A DNA stretch of 64,000 nt from positions 1,675,104 to 1,739,103 of the forward strand of contig MU054098.1 of assembly GCA_013239625.1 (NCBI GenBank), given 5' to 3'. The translations under genes were made by a program, and so were the position numbers. Every line of letters begins with the position of its first letter. Positions within the stretch are counted from its first letter, which is position 1. Shown piece by piece: positions 37,608-51,504 of the stretch. The stretch is from Lama guanicoe. Its lineage: Eukaryota. The notes beneath the pieces were generated by a model. The model saw only the letters and a list, made by a program, of their open reading frames with translations. It was not told the DNA's origin and ran no database searches.

Positions 37608-39259
37608 CAATGGTCTTCACTTCTATCAGAACAATGCCTACTTGCCTTAACAAATATTTTGTAATATTCTCTTTTTGAAAACTACAAATAACAGAATTCA
37701 TCTACAGACAAAATTTCAAAATATCAACGTAATTGTTTAACTAAAACATAAAAGAGAAATACCAGGAAAGGCTTTATAATATAATAATACATAAATATAA
37801 TACATTACATGTTTAAACATGTAAATGTTTGGGCATGAACATACTGAAAGACATAATGGAGTAGTCAGCTGCTTGTACCTACTTAAAATGGAGAAGTTTG
37901 GATTTAAGATAAGACAATATTGAACTGAATATTTTACTACTTTTTCTTTATATTTGACATTTCACAAATAAGTGTTACAGAAATATGTCCATAGAATTAC
38001 CATGAATATGACATAATTGCCATGCATGTGTCAACTACAAATGGAGGTTAATACAGGTGTATTGTATTGACAATTCAAATACCAGAAGTGAGCACTGGCA
38101 CTGATGACATGATTTTTGGAAATAGTAAACAACTACAGGTGAATTTCTCAACAAAACAAAGTATGATCGTCCCTTGAGTTACACAGTAGTTGCATTTCTG
38201 GAAAAGTCTGTATATATTAAAACTATACAAAAATAATTTTAATTTATATAGAAAAAAGGATTTATATTCTAAGCCCAGATAACTGTAGGTTTTTATCTAC
38301 ATGAATGTTTGAGGAAGGCATTTGAAAGCCATATAGGGAATCACAAAAGACCCCAAATAGCCAAAAAAATTTTGAGGAAAAAAAAAAACCTGGAGATATC
38401 ACACTCCCTGACTTCAGACTATATTACAAGACTACAGTAATCAAAACAGTATGGTACTGCCACAAAAACAGAAATGGCAATCAAGGGAACAGGATAGGAA
38501 GCCCAGAAATAAACTGGTGCACTAATTCAAAAAGATATATGCACTCTAATAGCAGCATTATTTATAATAGCCAACATGTGGAAGCAACCTAAGTGCCCAT
38601 CAATAGATGAATCGATAAAGAAGATTATACACAATGGATTATTACTCAGCCACCAAAAATATTGAAATTTTGCCATTTGTCAAACATGGATGACCTAGAG
38701 GGTATTATGTTTAGTGAAATAAGTCAGATAGAGAAAGACAAATACTGTATGTAATTACTTATATGTGGAATTTAAAAAATAAAACAAATGACTGAATATA
38801 ACAAAACAGAAACATACTCACAGGTATAGAGAACAAACTAGTGGTTACCAGCGGGGAGAGGGAAAGGAAGAGGGACAAGATAGGGGTAGGAGATTAAGAG
38901 ATACAAACTATTATGTATAAAGTAAATAAGACACAAGGATATATTGTAAAGCACAAGGAATATAGCCAAAAAATACTGACTCACTATGTTGTATACCTGA
39001 AACTAGCATAAAATTGTAAATCGACTATACTTCAATTTTACAAAGGTCAGTTTTTTTAAGAGAATGTCATATGGGATACAGGGAAAATATTCACCCTAAA
39101 GGCTCATCCCATGTATTGCAAGGTATCTAGTATTCCTGGCCCCAATACATTAATTGTCAGTATCATCCCCATGCATTGTGACAACCAAAAGAAAGTGTCA
39201 CCCCATTCATTTCTAAAATGTCCCCTAGGAATGGTACTTCCCTCCCTGGATAACCACTG
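37608..39259. mobile_element. hAT-Charlie DNA transposon (Charlie2-like) interrupted by an L1
   Basis: Termini CAATGGT...ACCACTG; characteristic CATTGTGACAACCAAAA...AATGTCCCCTAGG end. Confidence 0.75.
38336..39060 (+). mobile_element. Truncated L1 3' portion with an internal deletion near 38520
   Basis: [20 protein letters not shown] region followed directly by the C-terminal AAAAAGATATATGCAC region and the 3'UTR; degenerate TSD near 38324 and 39062. Confidence 0.88.
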
Positions 39260-39949
39260 CTCCAAAAGAAGATAACAGAGGCTACAAGATTAAGTTCCTT
39301 CAGGTATCTAAGAGATCATAGAATTATGGGAAATGTATGGATGTTAAGTGATAGGGTTTGTGGAGCCTGTGATGAACTAGAGAATATAGACTTCACCTTA
39401 AGGTTTTACACTAGAAGTATTTTAACCTTAAGGTATTTACATTAAAATTTTTTCCACATTGTATCAGCAAATATACTTATTTTTCAAATGAACAAATGGA
39501 TGAATTTAACTTGTAATACAAGGATAGCCTTTTTGTGGTCTTGTGTCATATTTGCACTTTACAAAAAGCAATCCTTAAACACAAGAATTTTATCCTTGAA
39601 GAGAAGTTTCCAATCATCAGCCAGAAATGAGCTTTTCAAAATGAGAGTTTGATATTTAGGAAATTGTGACCACTGATGCTATAATAAAAGTGATTAAAAT
39701 AGACTACAACAGAACATATCTGATTACATAAGGGTATTATTTTGTCAAGTGTTTATTTCAGGTGTGCATGTGTGTACGTGCACGTGTATGTATGTTGGAA
39801 ATGATGTAAATTGTATTTTACTGTGAGTCGTAGTAAAAAGGACTTTTGAAAACACCCAGGGTAGACTATAAGGATTTAGATTGTAAGAGGGTCTTTCCCA
39901 ATAACACTGTAGCCACCAGTGGTCTTTTTTTTTTGAATATTTGTTAGAA

Positions 39950-40180
39950 GCAGACTTCACAGTCAAAGAGAACAGGTTTTGAGTTCCAGCTTTACCCCTC
40001 AGATATGTGACTATAGGCAAGTGGCTTAAGCTCTCTTAGCCCCAGTTTCCTTATCCATAAATTGAAGATGGGATTGCATTATAAGATTTTGAAGATAATT
40101 AAATAAGATAATGCATGTAAATGCTTAGGATACTGTTTGATACATAGTAAGAAATAAGGCTGCTACTATTATTTTAATAA
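39950..40180 (+). mobile_element. MIR
   Basis: TGTGACTATAGGCAAGTGGCTTAAGCTCTCTTAGCCCCAGTTTCCTTATCCATAAA core. Confidence 0.82.
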
Positions 40181-40309
40181 TCACTAGCATGTAAGGTTTT
40201 CCTGATAGACCAATAAAATATGAGATATAACTGTCATATGTTCAAATATGTATCAAATGTTTTCTTCCTTTTCTAGAGAAATTCTTGAAATGTATGATGC
40301 CATCATATT

Positions 40310-40826
40310 TGTATTCATCATATATTGCTGTGTAACAAATTATTCTAAAATTTAGTGGCTTAAAACAATAAACATTTATTATTTCACATAGTTTCTGAGA
40401 GTCAGGAATCTAGGATCAGCATAGTTGGGTGGTTCTCGCTCAGGGTTTTCTGTAAGGTGGCAGTTAAGCTATGACTAGGAATACAAGCTCTAAAGGTGCT
40501 AAAGTATGCACTTAACAATCACATTTATGTAACTGTTGGCAGGAGGCCTCAGTGCCTTGCCATGTGGGTTTCTCCATAGGCCTGCTCGTGACATGACTTT
40601 CCCTAGAGCACATAATCTGAGATAGAGACAGACAGACAGAGAGAACACCAAAGACAGAAGCCATAGTTTTGTAAATCTTAATCCCTGAAGTGACATAACA
40701 TCACTTCTGCTGTAAGCTATTGGTCACAAAGTCTAACCCTGGTACAATATGAGAGGAGACACAAGTGTGCAAAAACCAGGAGGCAGTGATCATCATTGAG
40801 GGCTATTTTCAAGGCTGGCTATCACA
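40310..40826 (-). mobile_element. MaLR solo LTR (MLT1F/G/H-like)
   Basis: TG...CA termini; TTGCTGTGTAACAAATTATTCTAAAATTTAGTGGCTTAAAACAA; TSD ATATT/GTATT. Confidence 0.87.
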
Positions 40827-41229
40827 GTATTTACTAACTGTTCACCCTCTTCAGGTCTATTTTAATGCAAATATATTTTGTAAGCATAAGTAATTATTGC
40901 TCATGGTCTGAGTTAGCGTTAATACAAATTTGAGGAGTCATCAATTTTGTTAATAATGCATCACACTAGTTTACTTAATCAATTATATTTAGCTATCAGG
41001 AAAATTTTACGTAATCTTAGAGTTTGATCTTTCTTTCAAAAAATTGAACTTCAGTAAAGGTATTTTACGTATACCTGTATGTTCTCCCCTACATAATATT
41101 CGACTCTTTCTGTGGAAAAATTATTTCATCTAGCTGAACTTTATTTATTCTAAAAGTAAACATTTGAAGGCAGTCTTCCTTTTCTGAGCATACAATCAGA
41201 CAGTAGTATAGGGTTAAGACTTCAAAGTA

Positions 41230-41384
41230 CAGGGAAATATATACAGGATCTTGTGGTGGCTCACAGTGAAAGAGAATGTGACAATGAATGTATGTATGTT
41301 CATGTATAACTGAAAAAGTGTGCTCTACACTGGAATTTGACACAACATTGTAAAATGACTATAACTCAATAAAAAATGTAAAAA
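41230..41384 (+). mobile_element. Young, severely 5'-truncated L1 (155 bp of 3'UTR)
   Basis: Perfect 14-bp TSD AAGACTTCAAAGTA at 41216-41229 and 41385-41398; tail type shared with about 20395-20549. Confidence 0.95.
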
Positions 41385-42129
41385 AAGACTTCAAAGTAAA
41401 AACAGTGATGATTTTTTATTACTATAAACCTTTTCATAGATGACAAAAGTAGAATGTGAAATGTCAATATTCTTAATGCCAGGTATTTGATGAACTACAA
41501 TACATTAAAATAATTGCAAAGTATGATTTTAGTCATAATACAAAAATGAAGTTCCTTATTCAGACAATGATAATTAGACTGTAAGTAAAATCAAGCTAGA
41601 AGATCGATACTCTTTCTTTATAAAACAAAAAAACTCAATTATTTCCAAGGTGTCATCTAATTTAAGAAAATTCTGGTACTATTTTTTAAGTTTGACTTTT
41701 ATTTTAATGTAAAGTTTATCTTGTCTTCAGTATTTACCATTGTATATTTCAAATTTACTCCTGAGTTTATTCACACTTTTAAAGCAATATATCAGTTGTG
41801 GCCTTTGGCAAAATAATATAATTGACTCTCCCCTCCTCCATCTGACTTCTCTTCTTCTCTCCCCCATGCTTGTTCCTTTACTCTGTGCTCTCTACTTTCC
41901 ACACTTGTTCTGTTAAAATATTTTCTGATACTCATTCACAACGAGGGATAAATGACTGAAAAGAATTTAAAAGTGCTTAACACACATATACCTCTAGGGG
42001 ATAGCATATTCATTACAACACATGTACATCATCTATCACAATTCTTTACATAAAGTAGGTGATTAATAATCGCAAGTTTTCCTTTTTTTGCAGCTTTACC
42101 TTACCACTTTTGTAAGTCAAATCTGCCTA

Positions 42130-42360
42130 TTAATATTAATTCATACTTTTAAATAATGCTTACTCTTGCCAGCCCTCCTGATTTGCACATTTATATATGC
42201 ATTACCTTATTTATCACGACAACTATACAAACTGGGTCTTACTATAATTATTCTCATTTTGTAGATGAGGAAATGGTAACTCAGAGCTTGCCACAGACAG
42301 TAACCGGTGACATAGAATCAGGATGAGATTTTTTTGATTCCTCTATCCATTTTCTAATCC
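42130..42360 (-). mobile_element. MIR fragment
   Basis: ATTCTCATTTTGTAGATGAGGAAA. Confidence 0.65.
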
Positions 42361-42681
42361 TCTACCTTTTATCTTGCTATTCACAATAAACATGCCCTGC
42401 AATTCTTGAGAGCGTTGCTTATTTTTTGTGTTTTATTCCCTCCCCACCTCCTACCAGTGTACATATTCAATACACCACCACACAACAGCCAGTATAACTG
42501 CAGTGTAACAAAACAGTGTATATTGTACACAAAATTTTTTCAACTCTTTTCTTTTCCACTGCAAATCACCCAATAGATTGAGTTCACAAATGGCATACAC
42601 CCCCACCGACATTGATTCAGGATCTGTTATTTAACCCTTTTCTTTCTTACGTAAGAAAGCATTCAGAAATACAAGTATTAC

Positions 42682-43345
42682 AGAGTCTGCTAGTTGTCCA
42701 ACAAAACTAGTTATCCTGTTTTTCCAGAGGAATAGCAAGAAGAACAGCTAGAAATTACATTTCCAAACATGTCTTTCAGTTACTTGGGGCCATATGGCTA
42801 ATTCTGGTCAATAGGATGTGAATTAATGTGATGTGTAACTTCTGTGTGACCTCCAATATATCAAGCAACAACAACCTTAAACCTTCACTTTCCCTTAAAG
42901 TTGAACATGAAGTACCTGATACTCAGTTTGGACCATGCTGATAAGGACAATTCTTCTGGGTAGAGATGGGCAAACTTTTACTGTAAAGGGTCAAACAGTA
43001 AGTATTTTAGGTTTCATGGGCCACATAGGGTCTTTGTTGCAACTACTCAACTCTACCATTGTAGCACAAAAGCAGCTATAGACATACATATACAAATGAG
43101 CATGGCTGTGTTCCAATAAAAATATACTTACCAAAAACAGATGGCTGGCGAGCCAGATTTGACCCACTGGCTATAATTTGCTGACCTCTGCTCTAGAAGA
43201 TGGTAGAATAACAAGATGAAAGGAATCTCAGAGTCCTTGAATTTCCACCAGTCATCTGGACCACTGGTATCTGGATTTGTTATATGAGAAATTTCTTTAT
43301 TCTGTAAGCCACTGAATTGGGGCAGTCCCTTTATTACAGCATCTT
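42682..43345 (+). mobile_element. MaLR LTR (MLT1I/J-like) interrupted by MER58A
   Basis: ACATTTCC...GGCCATATGGCTAATTCTGGTCAATAGGATGTG; 3' TAAGCCACTG...TTATTACAGCA. Confidence 0.7.
42961..43190. mobile_element. MER58A hAT-Charlie MITE
   Basis: GGCAAACTTTTACTGTAAAGGG...CTACTCAACTCTACCATTGTAGCACAAAAGCAGC...TTTGCTGACCTCTG. Confidence 0.9.
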
Positions 43346-44704
43346 TAACTTTACCCAACTAATATGGTGATTGAGAGAGAGATATAAATTACATAAAGTT
43401 TAAATCTGTAATGAAAAAATTTAAGTAAAAGTATCCAATGTATTAATATTTACTTTGTAAGTAAATAAACAAATGAATAAATAAATACTTGCACATACTC
43501 TCCAAATAGATTGCCACAAATTAAGGAATCAAAATGCTAAAAGGGAAAGCAGCTGCTAGATGTGATCAGCTTTACCACAGTTTCCAGAAACCCAAATTAT
43601 CAGAAAATTGGGGATGATCTTTATTTACATTTGTTAAAGGAATTAAAGCCTTTAGCTCTACCACTGTATTTTGGTTATCAAACAACATGAGGGTAGGAGA
43701 AGTTTTAGGGAGACAACAGGGCTCTCCGCCCTCAATACCTAACTCATAAGACAAAATCAGTGGCTTACTTGGCCTGCATGTGTGGCTGTCCCTATTGATG
43801 AAAGGATACTAAAAGGCCATGGCAACATAATTCTAATACACCATGCGTACCAGTCACACCTGGAAGGGGCGCTTGAGTCTATCTAAATTACATATCTTAT
43901 AGTGTACCCTCCCCCTACGTTTGTTATTTATTCAACCAGTAAGTTGACAGATTCCTATATAGCCTCTGAATTCCTTATCAGAATTGATAAATAAATGAGT
44001 GAAACAGCCTTTCCCTTTTCATCGGGAAGCTACTTCACAGAACAAGTCTGCCCGCATGGTGGCAGCTATGCCTCCCACCTTGATGGCATCTAGTTCATCA
44101 CTTATAGTTGTTACTAAATCTAGTTAAACATCCAAACCACTGAGGAAGCAGATTTAAAATGCAAATCCTCAAGTATTATGCTCCATTTCTATCATAATAA
44201 ACTTAGAATGGAGCCTGGAGAGTTTATTTTTAAGAATCAGATGATCATAATATATCCAATGAGCCACTTATCCCCATATACACTTAGGAGCACTGATATA
44301 AAATATTACAATAAATACAGTTTGACTCAAGCCTGATCCTTGCATATATGATTTGTCATAATTTTCCAAACACACTAATCCATTGATAAAAGGCCTTGGA
44401 AGACAATTGTTAAATCAAATAAAGTAGAAAAAATGCTCAAAATTTTTCTTCTCCAAGCTGCTTTTTTTTTCTTATTTACCCAACACTGTTAAATGAACAA
44501 TTAACTTCCCATTTCCTCAAGGTTATAAATGTTGACTGCTTTCTCCCTGCCCTTTCCATACAAAAGATTTCCTCAAGTTTTACTGCTCTGGTACTTTCAA
44601 TTCCTAGAAAAAAGGGACTATGTTTCTTTTATCCCTTTATCCTCTGTGCCAAGTAAAATATTTATACTCTCAGACAATAGGAATAATTATGATATTTATA
44701 CATT

Positions 44705-45640
44705 ATATATCTGATAAGGGTTAATATACAGAATATATAAAGAACTATTACAACTCAACAATAAAAAGATATAGAACACAAATTAAAAATGAGCAAAGGA
44801 ACTAATAGGCATTTCTTCAAAAAAGATATACAAATGGCCAATAAGCACATGAAAAGATACTAAACATCATTAGTCACCAGGAAAATGCAAATCAAGACCA
44901 TAATAAGATACTAGTTCCTACCTCCTAGGATGTCTATAATAAAAAGACAGATGATAATAAATGTGACAAAGATGTGGAAAAATTAGAACCCTCAGATACA
45001 ATGCTGATGGGAAGATAAAATAATGCAGCTGTTTGGGGAAATAGTGTGGCAGTTCCCGAAAAGGTTAAGTATAGTTACCCACACGATCCAGCAATTCCAT
45101 TCCTAGGTATATACCCAAGAGTAACAAAAACACATCCACAGAAAACTTGTACATAAATATCTATAGTAGCATTATTCCTAACAGCCAAAAACTGAAGATA
45201 GCCCAAATACCTTTCAGGATGAACGCTTAAACAAAATGTGGTACATCCATACCATGGAATAATACTGAGCAGTAAAAAGGAGTGACACATGCAGCAACTT
45301 GGATGAACTGCAGAGGCATTATGCTGAGTGAGAAGAGATAGTGTCAAAAGGCTACAGACTGGATGATTTAACACATTTGACATTGTTGAAGAGGCAAAAA
45401 AACTATAGTGATGGAAAAAAGATTAGTGGTCATCAGAGGATATGGATATGATGAGAATATGACTGTAAAGAGAAAGTATAAGGGAGTTTTTTGAGAGGAT
45501 AGAACAATTCTGCATCCTGATTATGGTGGTGGTTGTAAAAACCTATGCAGTTGTAAAAATCCATAAAACTATACACTAAAAGGAAAAAAGTCAATTTTGT
45601 TTTATGATAATTTTGAAAATAAAACAATATATTTAAAAAA
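44705..45640 (+). mobile_element. Old L1 3' region (L1MB/L1MC-like)
   Basis: AAATGCAAATCAAGACCA; CCAGCAATTCCATTCCTAGGTATATACCCAAG; old-type 3'UTR. Confidence 0.88.
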
Positions 45641-46104
45641 TAACTAAATGCTCAATAATAAGGAATTAGTTAAACAAACAAGGTTCATTATTAAAAAATA
45701 TAAAATTTTGTAGCCATTAAAAATTGTATCTTAGATGTATATTGAAAGGCATTAAAAGTTATTCATAATATTTTAACTTTTTAAGTCAATTATCAAATAA
45801 GATTTTTATATTTTTCCATTTTTTGTGAAAAAATGAGGTCAATGTATAATATATAAACAAAAGGGTTAGAGGGCGATAAATTAAGACCTACATCTGTTTT
45901 TTTCTAGGCAGTCTGGATGTTTCAAACTTTTTTCTATTTATTTTTGAATTTTCAGATTTTTAAGTGCTATATTACTTTTGTAATTTAAAATGTAATTTTA
46001 ATATTATAAATTGTTAATCAAGCACTCTAAAACTTCTCTATCAAATGCTACATCACCTTCCCACTCTGGTCCCCAATCTAAACTACTTCTATTGAAAATT
46101 CACC

Positions 46105-46810
46105 TCATCTAGCAATCCCAACTCTAGGAATATATCCAAAGGAAATGAAATCACTATCTCAAAGAGATAGCCATACTCTCATGTTTGTTGCAGCATTATT
46201 CCCAACAGTTAAGACATTGAAACAACCTAGGTGTCTGTGAAAAGATGAATGGATAAAGAATATGTGGTGTATATACATAATGAAATAGTATTCAGCCTTT
46301 AAATAGAAGAAAATCCTGCCATTTGTGACAACACAGATGAATCTTACGGGCATTATGCTAAGTGATATAAGTCAGACAGAGAAAGACAAACACTGTATGA
46401 TCTCACTTATACGTGGAATCTGAAAAAGCCCAACTCCTAGAAACAGAGAGTAAATTAGTAGTTGCCAGGGACTGGGGGTGGGGGAAGTGGGGGACATGTT
46501 GGTCAAAGAGTACAAACTTCCAGTTATAAGATGAAATAAGTTCTGGGGATCTAATGTACGGCATGGTGACTACAGTTAATAATACGTATTGTATAATTGA
46601 AAGTTGCTATGAGAGTAGATCTTAAATGCTCTCACCACACACACACACACTCATACTCACACAGGGTAGCTATGTGAAGTGCTGGGTATGTTAACTAGCC
46701 TTTCTGTGGTAATCATTTCATAATATATATGTATTTCAAATCATTATGCTGCACACCTTAAACTTAATCAATGTTATGTGTCAATTATAACTTAATAAAA
46801 CTGGAAAATA
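46105..46810 (+). mobile_element. L1 3' end (L1MA9-like)
   Basis: Closely similar to about 690-1353; ends AATAAAACTGGAAAA. Confidence 0.92.
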
Positions 46811-47774
46811 CTTTCTGCACGTCAATATGAAAAATAAAACAATTTGATTTCTATTTAAAGAATCCAATTGGGTTATATTTGTTGCTCTACCAAATAACTT
46901 TGCTTCTATTTTCCAACACACAATTTGGATTCCCCTCTACTCAAAATGTTCTTTGCCTCATTTACTATAATCTATGCACTAGCCTAGTTGTTAACTCTCT
47001 TACTTTGTCAAATTGAAAAGCAAAACATTTCTGCTTAATTTTTTGTCTAAGTTCTGTTTTCAGGCATGTAGGCATTTTACACTTGAAAATAAGTAGTATT
47101 TTAGTTATTTGTTAGGGGTTATTAATAAGATAAGTAACTGAGGTGAAAACTCACATCTCTGGATGCAGATGAAACCACTCAAAGTTGCAGCTAGGAAAGT
47201 GTAGGAGGAGGTTGAAGTACCTCTATCCTTTTTCCAATGACAGAGGCAAGCATTAATTGGTAAAAACAAACATACAAATATTTTCTGAAATAGAGAATCA
47301 GAGTTTTTCTCTAAAGGGTAAATGGAAGGGTAGCTTTTAGAGTAGAAAAATAGAGATAAATGCTTTCGAGGAGTATGAAATTGCTATAAAGTAGCAAAAA
47401 GATTGTTATGAAAGTTCTTAAACAGGATTCTTCAATAAGATAATGCTGAAATACAGATGTCCATAAAGGTGGCACTTGTGGAACATGCCAGTGGGAATCC
47501 TGCTGCTGCACTGTTTCAGAGTGAACTACTAAAAGTATAGTTCTAATCATGGTATATTCTGCATGTTTATGCATCCATTTCATTTATAATTATTGAATAT
47601 CTCTATATGCCAAGAACTCTTCCAGATATTCAGGATATAACCATGGACAAAATAAACAAAAATACCTGTCCTTGTATTACTTGCTAGCTAGCTAATAAGC
47701 AAGATTAGGGTTAGAATAATCTATTAGGCTTTAATGAGGCTATAACAAGATATAATACATTGAAAGTTATATGT

Positions 47775-49454
47775 GGGAGGGGGATCAAGATGGCAGAGTA
47801 GGAAGACCCTAAACTCACGTCCTCCCACAGACACACCAAAACTACAACTAAATACTGAACGACTCTCTCTGAAAATAACCTGAAAACTAGAAGAACATCT
47901 TTTCTACAGTTAAGGACATAAAGAAACAAAGCACACTGAGATGGTAGGAGAGGCAAAAATACAATCTAGTCAGGATCCACACCCCAGGCACAGGGACCCA
48001 CAATTAGGAGGAGACATCACAAACACAGAGGTCATCCCTAATGAGCCAGAGGCTCAAGCCCCACATCAGGAACCCCAGGCCTGGGGACCAGCACTGGAGA
48101 GATGAGTCTCCATAACTGACTTTGAAAATCAGAAGGACTTTTGTCCAGGAGAGCCAGTGGGCTGTAAGAAACAAAGACTCAGCTTTTAAAAGGATTCACA
48201 CACAAATTCACTCAATTTGAATCCTAGCAGAGGCAGCACTATGAAAAGCACCTCGTGTTCTAGCCAGCCTGCCAAGGTTGCCCCAACGCACATCCAGCCT
48301 GCATCTGCTCCAGCAAGATGCTCCACCAAGGTTATGGCCCCATAGCACCTTGGGCAAGTGCCAGCTCACACTTACTCCAGCTTCAACAGTCCCACCAAGG
48401 TGGCCCTGGTGCACTTTGTGAAACCCTGGCCCACAGCCACTCCAACTCCAGCTACCTCACAGAAGTGGCCCCAGCCTGGCTTGGCATGCCCTAGGACATA
48501 CCTGGCCCACTCCCAATCCAGCAAACAAAAGGAGGAGACAGAGGAATTTGTTCCAAATAAAAGAAAAAGATAAAAACCTAGGGGAAAAAACCTAATGAAA
48601 CAAAGATAAGTAATTTACTTAATAAAGAAGTCAAAGCAATGGTCATAAAGATGTTCAACAAATTCAGGAGATGAATGGAGGAACACAGTGAGAACTTCCA
48701 AAAAGAGAAAAAAACCAATCATCAGTGCAGAAGAATACAATAACTGAAATGGGAAATACACTACAGGGAATCAACAGCATATTATGTGATACAGAAGAAT
48801 GCATAAGTGGCCTGAAACACAGAATAGTAGAAATCACTCAATTGGAACAACATACTCAATGAAATAAATATCAAAATACCCAAGGCATTTTTCACAGAAC
48901 TAGATCAAATAATCCTAAAAATTGTATGGAATCACAAATGACCCCAAATAGCCAAAGTAATCTTGAGGAAGAAGAACAAAGCTGGGAGTATCACACCCCT
49001 TGACTTCAGACTATACTACAAAGCTACAGTGATCAAAATAGTAATGGTACTGCTACAAAGACAGACACAGCAATCAAAGGAACAGAATAGAGAGCCCAGA
49101 GATAAACCCATGTTTACATGGTCAGTTAATCTATGACAAAGGTGGTAAGAATATACAATAAGGAAAAGACAATCTCTTCAGTAAATGCTGCTGGGAAACC
49201 TAGACAGCTACATGTGAAAAAGTAAAAGTAGGCAATTTTCTAGCATCATATACAAAAATAAATTCAAAATGGATTAGAGTGAAATGCAAGACCTGAAACC
49301 ATAAAACTCCTAGAAGAAAATATAGGTAGTATGCTCTCAGAAATCAATCTTAGCAATAATTTTTGGCTTTCTCTCCTCAGGCAAGAGGAACAAAAGCAAA
49401 AATAAATAAATGGGACTATATCAAACTAAATAGCTTTTGCACAGCAAAGGAAAC
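47775..49454 (+). mobile_element. Rearranged L1: 5'UTR + partial ORF1 joined to post-RT ORF2, no 3'UTR
   Basis: GGGAGGGGGATCAAGATGGC start; ORF1-like 48520-48850; ORF2 [16 protein letters not shown] region after about 48860. Confidence 0.85.
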
Positions 49455-50251
49455 ACATGGAGAACAATACATATACCACAAATCATTTCTGGTAATTTAA
49501 AAACCCTTGTGTTTAAAGAAAATATCTTAACATATACATTTAAATTTGCACAGAAAAAAATCTGAAAGAAAATACATCTTGTTACAGTAGTTACCCTTTG
49601 AACAAGGAATAGGCTCAGTCAGTTGGATAAGAAGGGGTTTAACTTTTTATTCTCTATGCTTATGAATTGTTTGAATTTTGTTTCAAGGAACATATTATCT
49701 TGTGTTAAAATTAATAAAAACTAACAATCTGTAATAACAGTAGTAAAAGCTACTTTTTATTTTTTCCAGATAGATTCCTTTATCTTGACATTTCATTGCT
49801 TTTAAGAGAAGTTAACTTTAAATATATTATATTTTTGAACATTTATTTAATGTTTTCAGAGACTTACCATTTTGGATCAAAAGATCTACTTTTTATGTAT
49901 AATGAATCTGAAAAGTCTATGCTTGAGACTTCAAATATAGAACAATTATTTCCAGTTTTAGGGAAATCACTAACTATAGCACGCTAATAGCATTTGGTGG
50001 CAGCAAAGCAAATCATAAGGCAGTTTTTGAAAAGTGGTATAATCTTATCTGCAGCTGAAACTAAGGAGATTGACCTCTAATATAGGAAGTGCCTGTGGGG
50101 TTAGTGCAATAAAGAGAATTTGTCTAAATGGGCACAGTAAGTGAACCAAGTACAGACAGTATAGGGACATCAGTTTGAAAGGGGACAGGAGGTTTTAGGT
50201 TATAGACAGTGATCAAGGCTAAAACTAAACCAAAGATAAAAATAGTCAGGC

Positions 50252-50407
50252 CAGGGCCACTGCTGGCCCATATAGTGCCTTTGTGCAAATTATTAAAAGT
50301 TTCCTATTCCTCCAGGCACCAGAGCCCCATGTCAGACTCCATTTCCCCCACTCATACTGGTGCTTTAATGCAGTTAACAATCTGTACCAATAAATAGGCA
50401 CTAAATG
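50252..50407. mobile_element. MER91-like hAT element
   Basis: CAGGGCC start and GTGCCTTTGTGCAAATTA motif. Confidence 0.55.
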
Positions 50408-51485
50408 TGAGTCAGTCTCAGAAAAGCAAAGAAAAGCTGGGATATGAGAGCTAGTATGTGAAATTTAGATCAAATTAGGCTCTAATACGGTTACCTATTT
50501 CTGATGCGACATTGTGCTGATCCAGCCTGAAGCAAGGTGGGGGTCAGACATGAGTAGTTCTTCTTTACAAGGCCAAGTACACCTGATACCCTACATTAGT
50601 CAGGGTTGACACATAAAGTTACATCACAGACCCTATCAGAATTTATAAGATAATAACCATAAGGCAATAGTTTTGTTGTATTTGCAAAGAAATGGTTATT
50701 AAAGTGGACCAAATGAACTTACATTGAAACAATATAGAGATATTTGAAATTTTATAAAAATAAAAACAGAACATATCCTGGCAAACAAAACATTCAATTT
50801 GATCAGGTTTGATCCCATTTTATTTTATAATATTACTGACACTGCTATACACCTAAAATTTTTCTATTGCACTAACATTAATGCTGTATGTCTGCTGGTC
50901 AATGATGAAAAGATGATGAATTTTATAAAGTTTATCCAATAAGCAGACATCTGAATGGCACATTTTTCAAGGCATCCAAGTGTCACATTGATTTTCTCAA
51001 ATTTGCACATAGTCCATGCTATTCTGAACGATTTTTCATCAAACCGTATTGATAAATCAATCATTTAATCAAGCACCTTCTATGTGCCCAGAGGCATGCT
51101 AGATGTTGTAGGGAATCACAGGAAACAGAGAAAGAGAATCCTTTTACTGAGGTGCTCGAAATAACCAGCTGAGGAGACAAAGCCTACACTCATAAACCAC
51201 ATAAAGAATGTGAAAGTATGTACTTAAGTGCTTAACTCTGTGATATCAAAACTAAACAATAAGGTTCTGTTTGTGACATATACAATAAGTGCAAAAAAAG
51301 AAAGGGGGGGTAAAGAAGGGAGAATTCATCAGGAAAGTTTTCACCATAGAGGAGACAGGACTTGAATTGAGCCTTAAAGAATAGGTTGGATAAGCTTAAT
51401 TTTCTTGTCCTATAACCCTTTTTGAAAGCGTAAAAATGACATGAAAAAAAGTGTGTTTTTCCCATATAAACTAACTATCTATTCA

Positions 51486-51504
51486 GGACCTCTAGAGGGC
51501 ACCA
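51486..51504 (+). promoter_or_regulatory. CTCF core motif in a CpG-retaining patch
   Basis: GGACCTCTAGAGGGCACCA fits CC(A/T)(C/G)(C/T)AG(A/G)(G/T)GGC(A/G)C; 5 CpGs within the next ~65 bp. Confidence 0.6.

Noticed and set aside
43855..44095. CTCF-like motifs (CCTGGAAGGGGCGC, CCGCATGGTGGCAG)
   Set aside because: Each mismatches the central AG of the core; much weaker than the site at 51486.
50897..50960. Box C/D snoRNA-like pattern (ATGATGA ... CTGA with a weak 4-bp stem)
   Set aside because: Only 53 nt from box C to box D, no clear D' box and no recognisable rRNA guide; such motifs are frequent by chance. An Rfam/snoscan search would settle it.
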